In this document: positions 9,861 to 17,966 of the stretch, one piece after another
How the letters are laid out: the number at the start of each line of letters is the position of its first letter
How positions within the stretch are numbered: the stretch's first letter is position 1
Source of the DNA: an uncultured Gammaproteobacteria bacterium
Lineage (GTDB): Bacteria > Patescibacteriota > Microgenomatia > UBA1406 > HO2-37-13b
DNA: 64,000 nucleotides
Direction: 5' to 3'
Assembly: GCA_964422025.1 (NCBI GenBank)
Contig: CAYQYZ010000001.1
Coordinates: forward strand, 277,181 to 341,180
Program-made: the position numbers and the translations under genes
The notes under the pieces: model-generated
What the model was told of the DNA's origin: nothing
What the model saw: the letters and a program-made list of their open reading frames with translations, nothing else
Databases searched by the model: none

Positions 9861-10970
9861 ATGAAAATAACAAATATCACAATTCGTAAACTCGAAATTC
9901 CCATGATAACGTCATTCACGACAAGTTTTGGAACAATTACGAGTCGACCTACAATTATAGTCGAGCTAAAAACAGATAAAGGAATTACTGCATATGGAGA
10001 ATCTGCAGCACTTCCATTTCCGTTCTATAAACCTGAAACAACCGATATTTGCATGCTCGTCTTAAAAGATTACATTGCTCCTTTGGTTCTGCAAAAGGAG
10101 TTTGATACGGTCGAAGTATTCATGAAAATGTTAGATTCGATCAAAGGCAACAATTTTTCAAAGGCGGGAATCGAAACAGCTGTGTGGATGGCCCAGGCCG
10201 TTGAAAAAAATGTATCGCTCAAAGAATTGTTGGGGGGCACGCAAGAAAGTATTGCAGTAGGGGAAAGCATTGGTATTAAGGACTCAATCGAGGAGACGCT
10301 TGAAGAAATCCAACTCCGTATTGATCAAGGGTTTGTGCGAACCAAAGTTAAAATAAAACCCGGATGGGATATTGATGTTGTAAAACAAATTCGTGCTAAA
10401 TTTGGCGATATCGATCTTATGGTTGATGCAAATTCATCGTACACGCTCAACGACATCGACACACTTAAGCAACTGGACGAATTCAATTTAACCATGATGG
10501 AACAGCCACTTGCAGATGATGATATTATTGATCACGCTGTTTTGCAAAAACAACTCAAAACGCCAATTTGTCTTGATGAAAGTATTCATTCTGTAGAAGA
10601 TGTTCGCCGAGCGCTTTCAATCGGCGCATGTAAAATCATTAATATTAAACCCGGACGCGTTGGGGGACTGTTGGAAAGTAAAAAAATCCATGATTTATGC
10701 CAACAAAATGGAATTGGAGTATGGTGTGGAGGAATGCTTGAAACGGGAATTGGAAGAGCCTTTAATATTGCGGTCAGCTCATTACCTAATTACACATATC
10801 CAGCCGATATGTCGCCTGTAAACTTTTTTTATGAAGACGATTTGGTTTCAGATAGTTTTGTAGTCGATAAAACCGGGCATGTAACCGTTCCTACAACACC
10901 GGGGCTTGGTTTTACGATTGATGAAAGCAAGATAACCAAATATACCGTTGATAAAATTGAACTTTCGTAA
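9861..10970 (+). CDS. enolase-superfamily enzyme, o-succinylbenzoate synthase / N-acyl(succinyl)amino acid racemase subgroup
   Basis: 'KVKIKPGWDIDVVKQIR', 'MVDANSSYT', 'MEQPL', 'PICLDESI' and 'IINIKPGRVGG' are the KxK and D/E/D metal-ligand blocks of the OSBS/NAAAR family. Confidence 0.9.
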   Translation: MKITNITIRKLEIPMITSFTTSFGTITSRPTIIVELKTDKGITAYGESAALPFPFYKPETTDICMLVLKDYIAPLVLQKEFDTVEVFMKMLDSIKGNNFSKAGIETAVWMAQAVEKNVSLKELLGGTQESIAVGESIGIKDSIEETLEEIQLRIDQGFVRTKVKIKPGWDIDVVKQIRAKFGDIDLMVDANSSYTLNDIDTLKQLDEFNLTMMEQPLADDDIIDHAVLQKQLKTPICLDESIHSVEDVRRALSIGACKIINIKPGRVGGLLESKKIHDLCQQNGIGVWCGGMLETGIGRAFNIAVSSLPNYTYPADMSPVNFFYEDDLVSDSFVVDKTGHVTVPTTPGLGFTIDESKITKYTVDKIELS

Positions 10971-10976
10971 TATACT
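10948..10976 (+). promoter_or_regulatory. promoter of the Phe-rich leader
   Basis: TTGATA (10948-10953), 17 nt, TATACT (10971-10976), 6 nt, ATG 10983. This is the same geometry as the leaderless housekeeping genes in this window. Confidence 0.6.
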
Positions 10977-10982
10977 ATACGC

Positions 10983-11051
10983 ATGAATGTAACACGACGA
11001 AAAGAATTTTTTTTCTTTTTTTTCCTCGCTAACCGCGGGGCGTCTGTTTAG
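10983..11051 (+). CDS. putative 22-aa leader peptide MNVTRRKEFFFFFFLANRGASV
   Basis: Leaderless ATG. Six consecutive Phe codons (TTT TTT TTC TTT TTT TTC, 11007-11024). The codons CGC GGG (11034-11039) complement the terminator 5' arm. Confidence 0.6.
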   Translation: MNVTRRKEFFFFFFLANRGASV

Positions 11052-11072
11052 TACTTAAATTTGACGCACACC

Positions 11073-11095
11073 ACCCGCGCAAGCGGGTTTTTTTT
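11073..11095 (+). terminator. intrinsic-terminator-like hairpin (CCCGC-GCAA-GCGGG) plus T8, abutting ATG 11096
   Basis: 5-bp GC stem (11074-11078 with 11083-11087), GNRA loop GCAA, and T8 (11088-11095) running straight into the start codon. Confidence 0.65.
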
Positions 11096-12100
11096 ATGGC
11101 CAAAACAGAATTAACACCAGGATATTACAACGATCCATATGCAGAATATGGGGATATTGCTACGGGAATCCAGTTCCCACTAGAAGTGTATGACGATACC
11201 GATCTAGTTACGTATGAGGCAATGATAGGATCAGGGTCTCTTGCTAACACAACCGTTGTAACGCTCCATAGCGTAGGTTCACAGCCAGTTCCCATTCGCT
11301 GGCTCGGACTTATTGCGCAAACAGCTCAAGCATTAGAAGTACTTCAAAAACACGGCATCAAACCGCCAAAAGACTGGAAACTTATGGCGCCCGTCCATCT
11401 AAACGCGGCAAGTAATAATCTTCCACAGGATGGGGTAGAGCAAGCGGAAAGACTTACTCGTCTTGCACAGGACTATGTTGCCCAGTTTCATCCTGATTTA
11501 GCGGTAAAACCTGAACTTGAATTAGACGATCCCGATGCATCACGGGCACTTATCGCTCGAGGTCAAGAAATTGTTTATCAGCTTCCTGATAATGTATTGC
11601 AACGCTTAAGCCATATGAGTGGAAATAGAAGTGAAGATATTAATTCAGAAGAAGCCTTAATTCGCATAAGTCGGGCTGCCGGATATTTATTAGGTCACTA
11701 TAATGCATATGGATACACTTCTGAAGGTGGATTTGGAGACCGTCAGCAAGGCACACTATTTATAGCGCCCGGGTCTGAAGAGAAATTCTTCGCTATGATG
11801 ACTAGCGCACAAGCAGTTGTCACAGCAGCAGGGATACCAGTTATTACTCCCCAAGATAGTAATACGGCTCGACTATTATCTCCTATGATTCGTACGCCAC
11901 ACTATTATGGTCATAAAGGAGAACCGCTTTTACAACAGATAAGGAATGTACAAGATTGGAATCGTTCCCGAAATCTGGGTAATCAAGGAATCAATGGACG
12001 TGCGCTTGATGAAATTCGCGAAGTAATAGCTCTTATCGATGCCGATGTAACTAAAGCGCGTATACCAGAATTAGTCGAACTTATTAAAGGAACACTTTGA
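11096..12100 (+). CDS. hypothetical protein (334 aa), short paralog of the 5835-8354 product
   Basis: Shares its N-terminus (MA..E..P) and internal blocks with the 839-aa protein. No family recognised. Confidence 0.85.
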   Translation: MAKTELTPGYYNDPYAEYGDIATGIQFPLEVYDDTDLVTYEAMIGSGSLANTTVVTLHSVGSQPVPIRWLGLIAQTAQALEVLQKHGIKPPKDWKLMAPVHLNAASNNLPQDGVEQAERLTRLAQDYVAQFHPDLAVKPELELDDPDASRALIARGQEIVYQLPDNVLQRLSHMSGNRSEDINSEEALIRISRAAGYLLGHYNAYGYTSEGGFGDRQQGTLFIAPGSEEKFFAMMTSAQAVVTAAGIPVITPQDSNTARLLSPMIRTPHYYGHKGEPLLQQIRNVQDWNRSRNLGNQGINGRALDEIREVIALIDADVTKARIPELVELIKGTL

Positions 12101-12127
12101 TAGCAGTAGCTATGATAAAATAAATAC

Positions 12128-13204
12128 ATGTATGATCAGATTGTCCCACTAACTAAAAAACTTATCTCATGCGCTTCCGTGGCGGAAGATAAAAAGGCCC
12201 TGCGTGATGTTCTTGAAATTTGTGCGCAGGAACTTTCAGAATTTACGGTTGAATGGTTTGAAAACAATGGCATTCCTAGTTTACTTGCGTATGTAGGAGA
12301 AAAGAGACCGGAAAATTTCCATGTCATTCTTAATGCGCACGTCGATGTAGTTCCCGCGGATACCAAACAATTTACTGCTTCTGAAAACGACGGTAAACTA
12401 TATGGGCGAGGCGCCAGTGATATGAAAGCTGCAGCCGCATGCGAGCTATTAGTATTTAAAGAGCTCGCAAAAACGCTCTCATACCCCTTGGGCTTACAAC
12501 TCGTGACCGATGAAGAAATTGGCGGACATAATGGGACGAAATATCAAATTGAGCAGGGTGTGCGCGCAGATTTTGTAATCGCCGGAGAGCCCACAAATTT
12601 CAGAATTGGTAATCAGGCAAAAGGAATTTTATGGGTGCGACTTACAACTCAGGGAATATCGGCACACGCTGCATATCCATGGAACGGAAAAAACGCCATA
12701 GTCAATATGACACAACTCCTTTCTAAAATTTTACAAACCTACCCGATTCCAGAAAGCGAAGCATGGAAAACAACGATAAATATTTCGAAAATTGAAACTT
12801 CAAATACCGCAATGAACAAAGTTCCTGATTCTTGCAGTGCATATTTAGATATTCGGTACATTCCAGAAGAAAAAGAGCAGGTTTTGGAAGATTTAAACAA
12901 GCTCTGTGAAGGAAATGCGACGCTGGAAATAACGTTCAATGAGCCGTCACATGATGGTGTTGAAAATGATCCGTTTGTAAAATCATTAAAAGAAGTTACA
13001 GATGTTGAAACAGGTATAGATAATGCTATTATCAAACGCCATGGAGGTTCGGATTTGCGACATTTTAGTGCGGCAGGTTGCCCCGGAGTTGAATTTGGCC
13101 CAATTGGCGATGGTTTGCATACCGACAACGAGTGGGTAAACGTTTCTTCACTTTCAACATATTATTCAATTTTGAAGAAATTTCTTCAAAACCAATCTTC
13201 ATGA
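12128..13204 (+). CDS. M20-family metallopeptidase / deacylase (ArgE/DapE-like)
   Basis: 'NAHVDVVPA', 'LYGRGASDMKAA', 'TDEEIGG' and 'GEPT' are the M20 metal-ligand blocks. Confidence 0.9.
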   Translation: MYDQIVPLTKKLISCASVAEDKKALRDVLEICAQELSEFTVEWFENNGIPSLLAYVGEKRPENFHVILNAHVDVVPADTKQFTASENDGKLYGRGASDMKAAAACELLVFKELAKTLSYPLGLQLVTDEEIGGHNGTKYQIEQGVRADFVIAGEPTNFRIGNQAKGILWVRLTTQGISAHAAYPWNGKNAIVNMTQLLSKILQTYPIPESEAWKTTINISKIETSNTAMNKVPDSCSAYLDIRYIPEEKEQVLEDLNKLCEGNATLEITFNEPSHDGVENDPFVKSLKEVTDVETGIDNAIIKRHGGSDLRHFSAAGCPGVEFGPIGDGLHTDNEWVNVSSLSTYYSILKKFLQNQSS

Positions 13205-14475
13205 AACAGTATTTGACATTACTTGCTGAGTATATTTCATTTAAAAGCATATCTACTAACAGCGCGCATAAAGAGCAGGTGGCGCACACTGCCGATTGGC
13301 TTCATGGATTGTTCTCAAAACACGCATTTTCTTCTCAGTTACTTACCGGTTATGGAAACCCCATAATTTTAGCTTCGTTTCAAGTAAACAAATCGCTTCC
13401 AACGTGCCTCATTTACGGCCACTACGATGTTCAGCCCGCCGATGCAAGTGATAGTTGGGAAAGTGACCCGTTTGCGCTTCGAAACGATGGAAAAAAACTC
13501 TACGCGCGAGGAGTTGCGGATAATAAAGGACAAACGCTTATTCACACGGTAAGTGTATTTGACCTAATAAAGGAGAATAAACTGGGCATGAACGTCATTT
13601 TTTTAATCGAAGGTGATGAAGAAACGGGTGGGGCAGACTTTAATAAATTCATAGCTGATCATAAAGAGAAATTACAGGCAGATTTCGTGCTAATCTCGGA
13701 CGGAGAAATGAAAGGAAATAAACCCACTATTGAGGCTGGGCTGCGTGGGGGCTTTAATATGACACTTACCGTTACAACCGGTCCCAAAGATCTTCACAGC
13801 GGCTTGTATGGAAGTGCGGTACCCAATGCAATCCATGAACTCTCCAAAATAGTAAGTAAAATACATGGCGAAAAGAATAAAATTGCGGTTCCAGGATTTT
13901 ACGATAATGTCGATCCTTTGCCCGATACAATCTCCTCTGAAAGCTCCCCAAGAGAGCATGCGTTGGATAACTTTAGCGAATACGACTTTTATACTCAAAC
14001 AGGCCTCATGCCGGCCATAGAGGTTTCAGGCATTCAGGCAGGGTATATGGGGGAAGGTTACCGTAATAGCATGCCTGCTTCAGCCACTGCAAAAATCAAT
14101 GTTCGACTGGTTAAAAGCCAAGAACCAGCAAAGCTGTTCAAATTATTTGAACGGTTTGTTCAAGAATCGCTTCCATCGCATAGTGCCTATACTTTGCACT
14201 ATGATCATGCTCACAACGCAATTAAACTTGATACAAGCAATAAATACCTCCAGAAGGCTTCAAAAACACTTCATACAGTCTATGGGCAGCAACCACTCCT
14301 AGCCTATTCCGGTGGCGCTATACCAATTGTAGAATTATTCACCAATTTACTCAAAATACCCACTATTTTGGCAAATTTAGCAAATGAAGACTGTAATATG
14401 CATGCACCTAACGAAAATCTCGACATTGAGTTCATAAAAAAGGGTCTTGAATTCTCTCAACAGTTCTTCTCGTAA
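13201..14475 (+). CDS. M20A-family dipeptidase (CNDP/DUG1/PepV-like)
   Basis: 'GHYDVQPA', 'LYARGVADNKGQ' and 'IEGDEETGG'. Start moved to ATG 13201 (MKQYLTLL), which overlaps the upstream stop as ATGA. Confidence 0.9.
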   Translation: MKQYLTLLAEYISFKSISTNSAHKEQVAHTADWLHGLFSKHAFSSQLLTGYGNPIILASFQVNKSLPTCLIYGHYDVQPADASDSWESDPFALRNDGKKLYARGVADNKGQTLIHTVSVFDLIKENKLGMNVIFLIEGDEETGGADFNKFIADHKEKLQADFVLISDGEMKGNKPTIEAGLRGGFNMTLTVTTGPKDLHSGLYGSAVPNAIHELSKIVSKIHGEKNKIAVPGFYDNVDPLPDTISSESSPREHALDNFSEYDFYTQTGLMPAIEVSGIQAGYMGEGYRNSMPASATAKINVRLVKSQEPAKLFKLFERFVQESLPSHSAYTLHYDHAHNAIKLDTSNKYLQKASKTLHTVYGQQPLLAYSGGAIPIVELFTNLLKIPTILANLANEDCNMHAPNENLDIEFIKKGLEFSQQFFS

Positions 14476-14482
14476 CCATCCC

Positions 14483-14511
14483 TTGCAATTTTCCCCACAA
14501 TTTGATAAAGT
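14483..14511 (+). promoter_or_regulatory. rpsF promoter (leaderless geometry)
   Basis: TTGCAA (14483-14488), 17 nt, TAAAGT (14506-14511), 6 nt, ATG 14518. Confidence 0.5.
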
Positions 14512-14517
14512 ATACCC

Positions 14518-14796
14518 ATGACAAACACGGGAAACACGTACGATCTGGTCATCATAACACGCGACGAAAAAGCTGAACAAATGGACGCAGTAAAAGGTAT
14601 GATTACCGGATTTGATGGTAAAGTAACAGCTGAAAGAAAATGGGGAAAGAAAAAATTTGCCTATCCTATTAAAAAAGAGGGAGCTGGATATTATCAATCA
14701 TGGACTGTTTCGCTTGAGGGACCACATATTGCGCCATTCAAACGAAAACTTGACCTTGACGAAAATGTATTACGGTACCTACTTATTAAGCAGTAA
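14518..14796 (+). CDS. rpsF: 30S ribosomal protein S6
   Basis: 'YDLVIITRDE...WGKKKFAYPIKK' and the conserved rpsF-ssb-rpsR gene order. Confidence 0.95.
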   Translation: MTNTGNTYDLVIITRDEKAEQMDAVKGMITGFDGKVTAERKWGKKKFAYPIKKEGAGYYQSWTVSLEGPHIAPFKRKLDLDENVLRYLLIKQ

Positions 14797-14798
14797 TT

Positions 14799-15302
14799 AT
14801 GGCGAGTAAATCAGTAAATAAAGTTATTTTAATTGGAAATCTTACTCGAGATCCGGAATTAAAGTACACACCATCAGGAACAGCAGTGTGCACATTTGGC
14901 GTTGCAACCAACCGAGCCTGGACAACGGCAGAAGGCGAAACAAAAGAAGATGTTCAGTTTCACCGAATTGTCGCTTGGCAAAAATTAGCAGAACTAGTTT
15001 CGAAATTATTAACTAAAGGACGAAAAGTATATTTAGAAGGACGAATTTCATATAAAGAGTTCGTCGGAAAAGATGGCCTAAAGAAGAATCTTACGGAAAT
15101 CATCATGGATGATTTCGTATTATTCGATGATCGCCGAACTCAAGGGGCCGACGATTCGGCCACAGCAGCAAGTGTGCCAACCAGCGCGCCTGCAAAAGAA
15201 CAAGAAATTCCGGTGGTCGACATTGATGATGTTGAAGAAAAACCGGCAAAACAAAAACCAGAAAATACCGACGTTATAACGGATGATGACATCCCATTTT
15301 AA
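14799..15302 (+). CDS. ssb: single-stranded DNA-binding protein
   Basis: OB-fold N-terminus 'VNKVILIGNLTRDPELKYTPSG' and an acidic tail ending in 'DDDIPF'. Confidence 0.95.
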   Translation: MASKSVNKVILIGNLTRDPELKYTPSGTAVCTFGVATNRAWTTAEGETKEDVQFHRIVAWQKLAELVSKLLTKGRKVYLEGRISYKEFVGKDGLKKNLTEIIMDDFVLFDDRRTQGADDSATAASVPTSAPAKEQEIPVVDIDDVEEKPAKQKPENTDVITDDDIPF

Positions 15303-15304
15303 TT

Positions 15305-15529
15305 ATGAAAGACTGTTTTTACTGTTCGCATAAAACCAATCCAAGCTTTGAAGACACTGCAAATTTGCAGAAGTTTTTAACAGCTCGAAAAAAAATCACT
15401 ACGCATGAGCGAAGCCTATTGTGTGCAAAACACCAACGTAAACTTGCGAAAGCCGTAAAATACGCACGATTCTTGGCGCTTTTGCCTTACACAGCCTATC
15501 AAACAGATCAGGCAGGTCTTGAAAGCTAA
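15305..15529 (+). CDS. rpsR: 30S ribosomal protein S18
   Basis: 'LQKFLTARKKI' and 'RKLAKAVKYARFLALLPYT', plus operon context. Confidence 0.95.
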   Translation: MKDCFYCSHKTNPSFEDTANLQKFLTARKKITTHERSLLCAKHQRKLAKAVKYARFLALLPYTAYQTDQAGLES

Positions 15530-15589
15530 TCTTCTTGGTAAATTCTCAAAAAAACTGTATACTAATTTCTTAGTGTGATTCATATCTTT

Positions 15590-15616
15590 GTCATTCTGAG
15601 CGAAGCGAAGAATCTC
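15590..15616 (+). repeat. small palindromic repeat unit, copy 1 (GTCATTCTGAGCGAAGCGAAGAATCTC)
   Basis: ATTCT (15593-15597) pairs with AGAAT (15609-15613). Same family as 19202-19282 and 22337-22385. Confidence 0.7.
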
Positions 15617-15627
15617 CGTAATCCATA

Positions 15628-16842
15628 ATGAAATTCAACAAACCTACAAATATCATTCTTGCGCTATGCACGGCAATTCTCTTATTTGGCACGGGCTATA
15701 AACTTGGACAATATAACCTTACTTCTCGAGGTGATTCTGCGTTTTCATTTTTTAACAAGACCGCTTCCCAAAAAAATGTCGACTTTTCACTATATTGGGA
15801 AACGTGGGATAAACTATCGGAAAAATATGTTGACCAAAAGAAAATCGATGAAAAAAAGCTTTACTACGACAGTATTAAAGGAATGGTTGCTTCAGTAGGG
15901 GATCCGTATACATTCTTTTTAACTCCTGATGAAAATAAATCGAGCAAAGACGAATTAGGTGGGAAATTTGAAGGAATTGGTGCGCAACTTGGGTTAAAAG
16001 AGGGAAAAATTGTAGTTATTGCACCACTTAAAGATTCCCCAGCACAAAAAATTGGTATAAAAGCAGGCGACGTTATTATTGAAGTTGATGGCAAACCAAC
16101 AGATAAATGGACGATTATGCAGGCTGTTTCCAAAATTCGGGGTAAAGGGGGAACGACCGTCAAACTTGGCATTATGAGACAAGACAAAAAACTCTCATTT
16201 TCCGTTGTTCGTGCAGAAATCTTTGTTCCGACCGTTGAACTAACATATGAAAAAAATGTTGCAGTTCTAAAACTTTCCCGATTTGGCGATGACACAAATG
16301 CCCAGTGGGACAAAGCGATTACAGAGATTGAGCAAAAAGTTCAAAGTGGAGAAGTGAAAGGAATGGTTCTTGATATGCGTGACAATCCAGGTGGCTATTT
16401 ACAAGGAGCCGTATATATAGCTAATGAATTTTTACCAGCCGATAAAATCGTCGTTTCGCAAGAATATACGAATCATCCGAAGGAGGAGTACAAAACGGAT
16501 AGAGCGGGAAAATTACAGTCCTTACCTCTTGTAACGCTTATTAATGAGGGTTCGGCATCAGCCGCAGAAATTGTCGCGGGCGCTTTGAAAGATTATGGAA
16601 AAACAACACTCGTTGGTAAAAAATCATTTGGAAAAGGATCGGTTCAAGAAGCAATTGACCTGAAAAATGGAGCGGGACTACATGTGACAATTTCCAAATG
16701 GATTCTGCCAAAGGGAAAATGGATTAATGGAGTTGGTGTGAAACCTGATGTTGAAGTTGAGAACAAAATTCCTGAAGGAAATACATTGGAACGTGAAAAT
16801 GATGCTCAGCTTGAAAAAGCCCTTAAAGAAGTTGTAAAATAA
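15628..16842 (+). CDS. S41-family C-terminal processing peptidase with PDZ domain
   Basis: N-terminal TM anchor, a PDZ block 'GDVIIEVDG', and 'DMRDNPGG' and 'NEGSASAAEI' typical of the Ctp/Prc family. Confidence 0.9.
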   Translation: MKFNKPTNIILALCTAILLFGTGYKLGQYNLTSRGDSAFSFFNKTASQKNVDFSLYWETWDKLSEKYVDQKKIDEKKLYYDSIKGMVASVGDPYTFFLTPDENKSSKDELGGKFEGIGAQLGLKEGKIVVIAPLKDSPAQKIGIKAGDVIIEVDGKPTDKWTIMQAVSKIRGKGGTTVKLGIMRQDKKLSFSVVRAEIFVPTVELTYEKNVAVLKLSRFGDDTNAQWDKAITEIEQKVQSGEVKGMVLDMRDNPGGYLQGAVYIANEFLPADKIVVSQEYTNHPKEEYKTDRAGKLQSLPLVTLINEGSASAAEIVAGALKDYGKTTLVGKKSFGKGSVQEAIDLKNGAGLHVTISKWILPKGKWINGVGVKPDVEVENKIPEGNTLERENDAQLEKALKEVVK

Positions 16843-16849
16843 CGGTTCT

Positions 16850-17944
16850 ATGAAACATTTCTTACTATTTCTGGCTGTATTGGCTGTACTCTTGAGCATT
16901 ACTCTCAAACAAGACTCGCTGTCACAAAAAACACCTCTGCTCAAGAACGTTAACGAAACAATTGTTTCCGAAGAATCTGCAACAATTGACGCTATTGCAA
17001 AAGCCTTACCTTCTGTCGTTACTATTAGAATTGATAAAACTACTACCACTCCTGGCCGATTTGAACTTAATCCGTACGACCCTTTTTCGCCATTCCGTCG
17101 CGTACCCGGAAGCCAAGAAAAAATTGAACAAAATATTGGTTCAGGTTTTGTGATTGATAAAGATGGGCTCATTGTAACCAATAAGCATGTAGTTGCCGAT
17201 CCTGACGCTACATATAAAGTGTTAACGAACGACAATAAAACACATGATGTTAAAAAAATCTCCATGGACCCGTTAAACGATTTGGCAATTCTAAAAATTG
17301 ATGCAAAAAATTTGATTCCACTACCTTTGGCAGATTCTTCTAAACTAAAGCTTGGTCAGCATGTTATTGCGATTGGAACTCCACTAGGTGAATTTACAAA
17401 TACGGTTACGTCCGGAATTATCTCTGGTCTAGGTAGGGGAATAACCGCTGGTTCTCCATATGAACAATTCGTGGAGCGTTTAGATAATGTTATTCAAACT
17501 GATGCAGCCATTAATCCGGGCAACTCTGGTGGAGCACTCATTAACCTTGCCGGACAGGTTGTAGGAGTGAATACTGCTGTTTCAGGACAAGGTCAAAATA
17601 TTGGATTTGCCATTCCTATTAATGTTGTAAAAGATTTAATTAAAAACTTCGATAAAAATGCAGGAACAATCAATCGTCCATTCATAGGAATTCGGTATCA
17701 AATGATTCAAGATCCACCGGGTGCACAAATTATTGAGGTTGTTGACGGGTCTCCTGCACAAAGAGCCGATCTACAAGAAGGAGATATTATTACTGAATTT
17801 GAAGGAGTCATAATAAAAGGGGAGGAAGACAAAACTATCCGAGAAAAAATTGCTTCGCACAAAATTGGCGATCAAATTCCTATAAAGATTCTTCGCGATG
17901 GGAAAAAAATCGATAAAACAATCACGCTTGAAGCATTTCAATAG
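16850..17944 (+). CDS. htrA: HtrA/DegP-family serine protease with PDZ domain
   Basis: 'GSGFVIDKDGLIVTNKHVV', 'DLAILKI' and 'GNSGGAL' form the His/Asp/Ser catalytic triad. C-terminal PDZ block 'GDIITEFEG'. Confidence 0.9.
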   Translation: MKHFLLFLAVLAVLLSITLKQDSLSQKTPLLKNVNETIVSEESATIDAIAKALPSVVTIRIDKTTTTPGRFELNPYDPFSPFRRVPGSQEKIEQNIGSGFVIDKDGLIVTNKHVVADPDATYKVLTNDNKTHDVKKISMDPLNDLAILKIDAKNLIPLPLADSSKLKLGQHVIAIGTPLGEFTNTVTSGIISGLGRGITAGSPYEQFVERLDNVIQTDAAINPGNSGGALINLAGQVVGVNTAVSGQGQNIGFAIPINVVKDLIKNFDKNAGTINRPFIGIRYQMIQDPPGAQIIEVVDGSPAQRADLQEGDIITEFEGVIIKGEEDKTIREKIASHKIGDQIPIKILRDGKKIDKTITLEAFQ

Positions 17945-17966
17945 CCCCTCCTGGTATAATATACCC

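Noticed and set aside
5707-11095. Could the two leader regions be T-box riboswitches? They precede genes next to cysS and hisS-type functions and end in terminator/antiterminator pairs.
   Set aside because: The transcribed leaders are only about 110-125 nt. I could find no Stem I or specifier-loop architecture and no match to the conserved T-box sequence (AGGGUGGNACCGCG-like). The short ORFs, whose 3' codons carry the antiterminator strand, fit ribosome-mediated attenuation better.
16678-17265. 195-aa minus-strand ORF in the track.
   Set aside because: It lies entirely antisense to the well-supported S41 peptidase and HtrA genes. It has a low-complexity, Ser/Leu/Phe-rich composition typical of shadow ORFs in AT-rich DNA.
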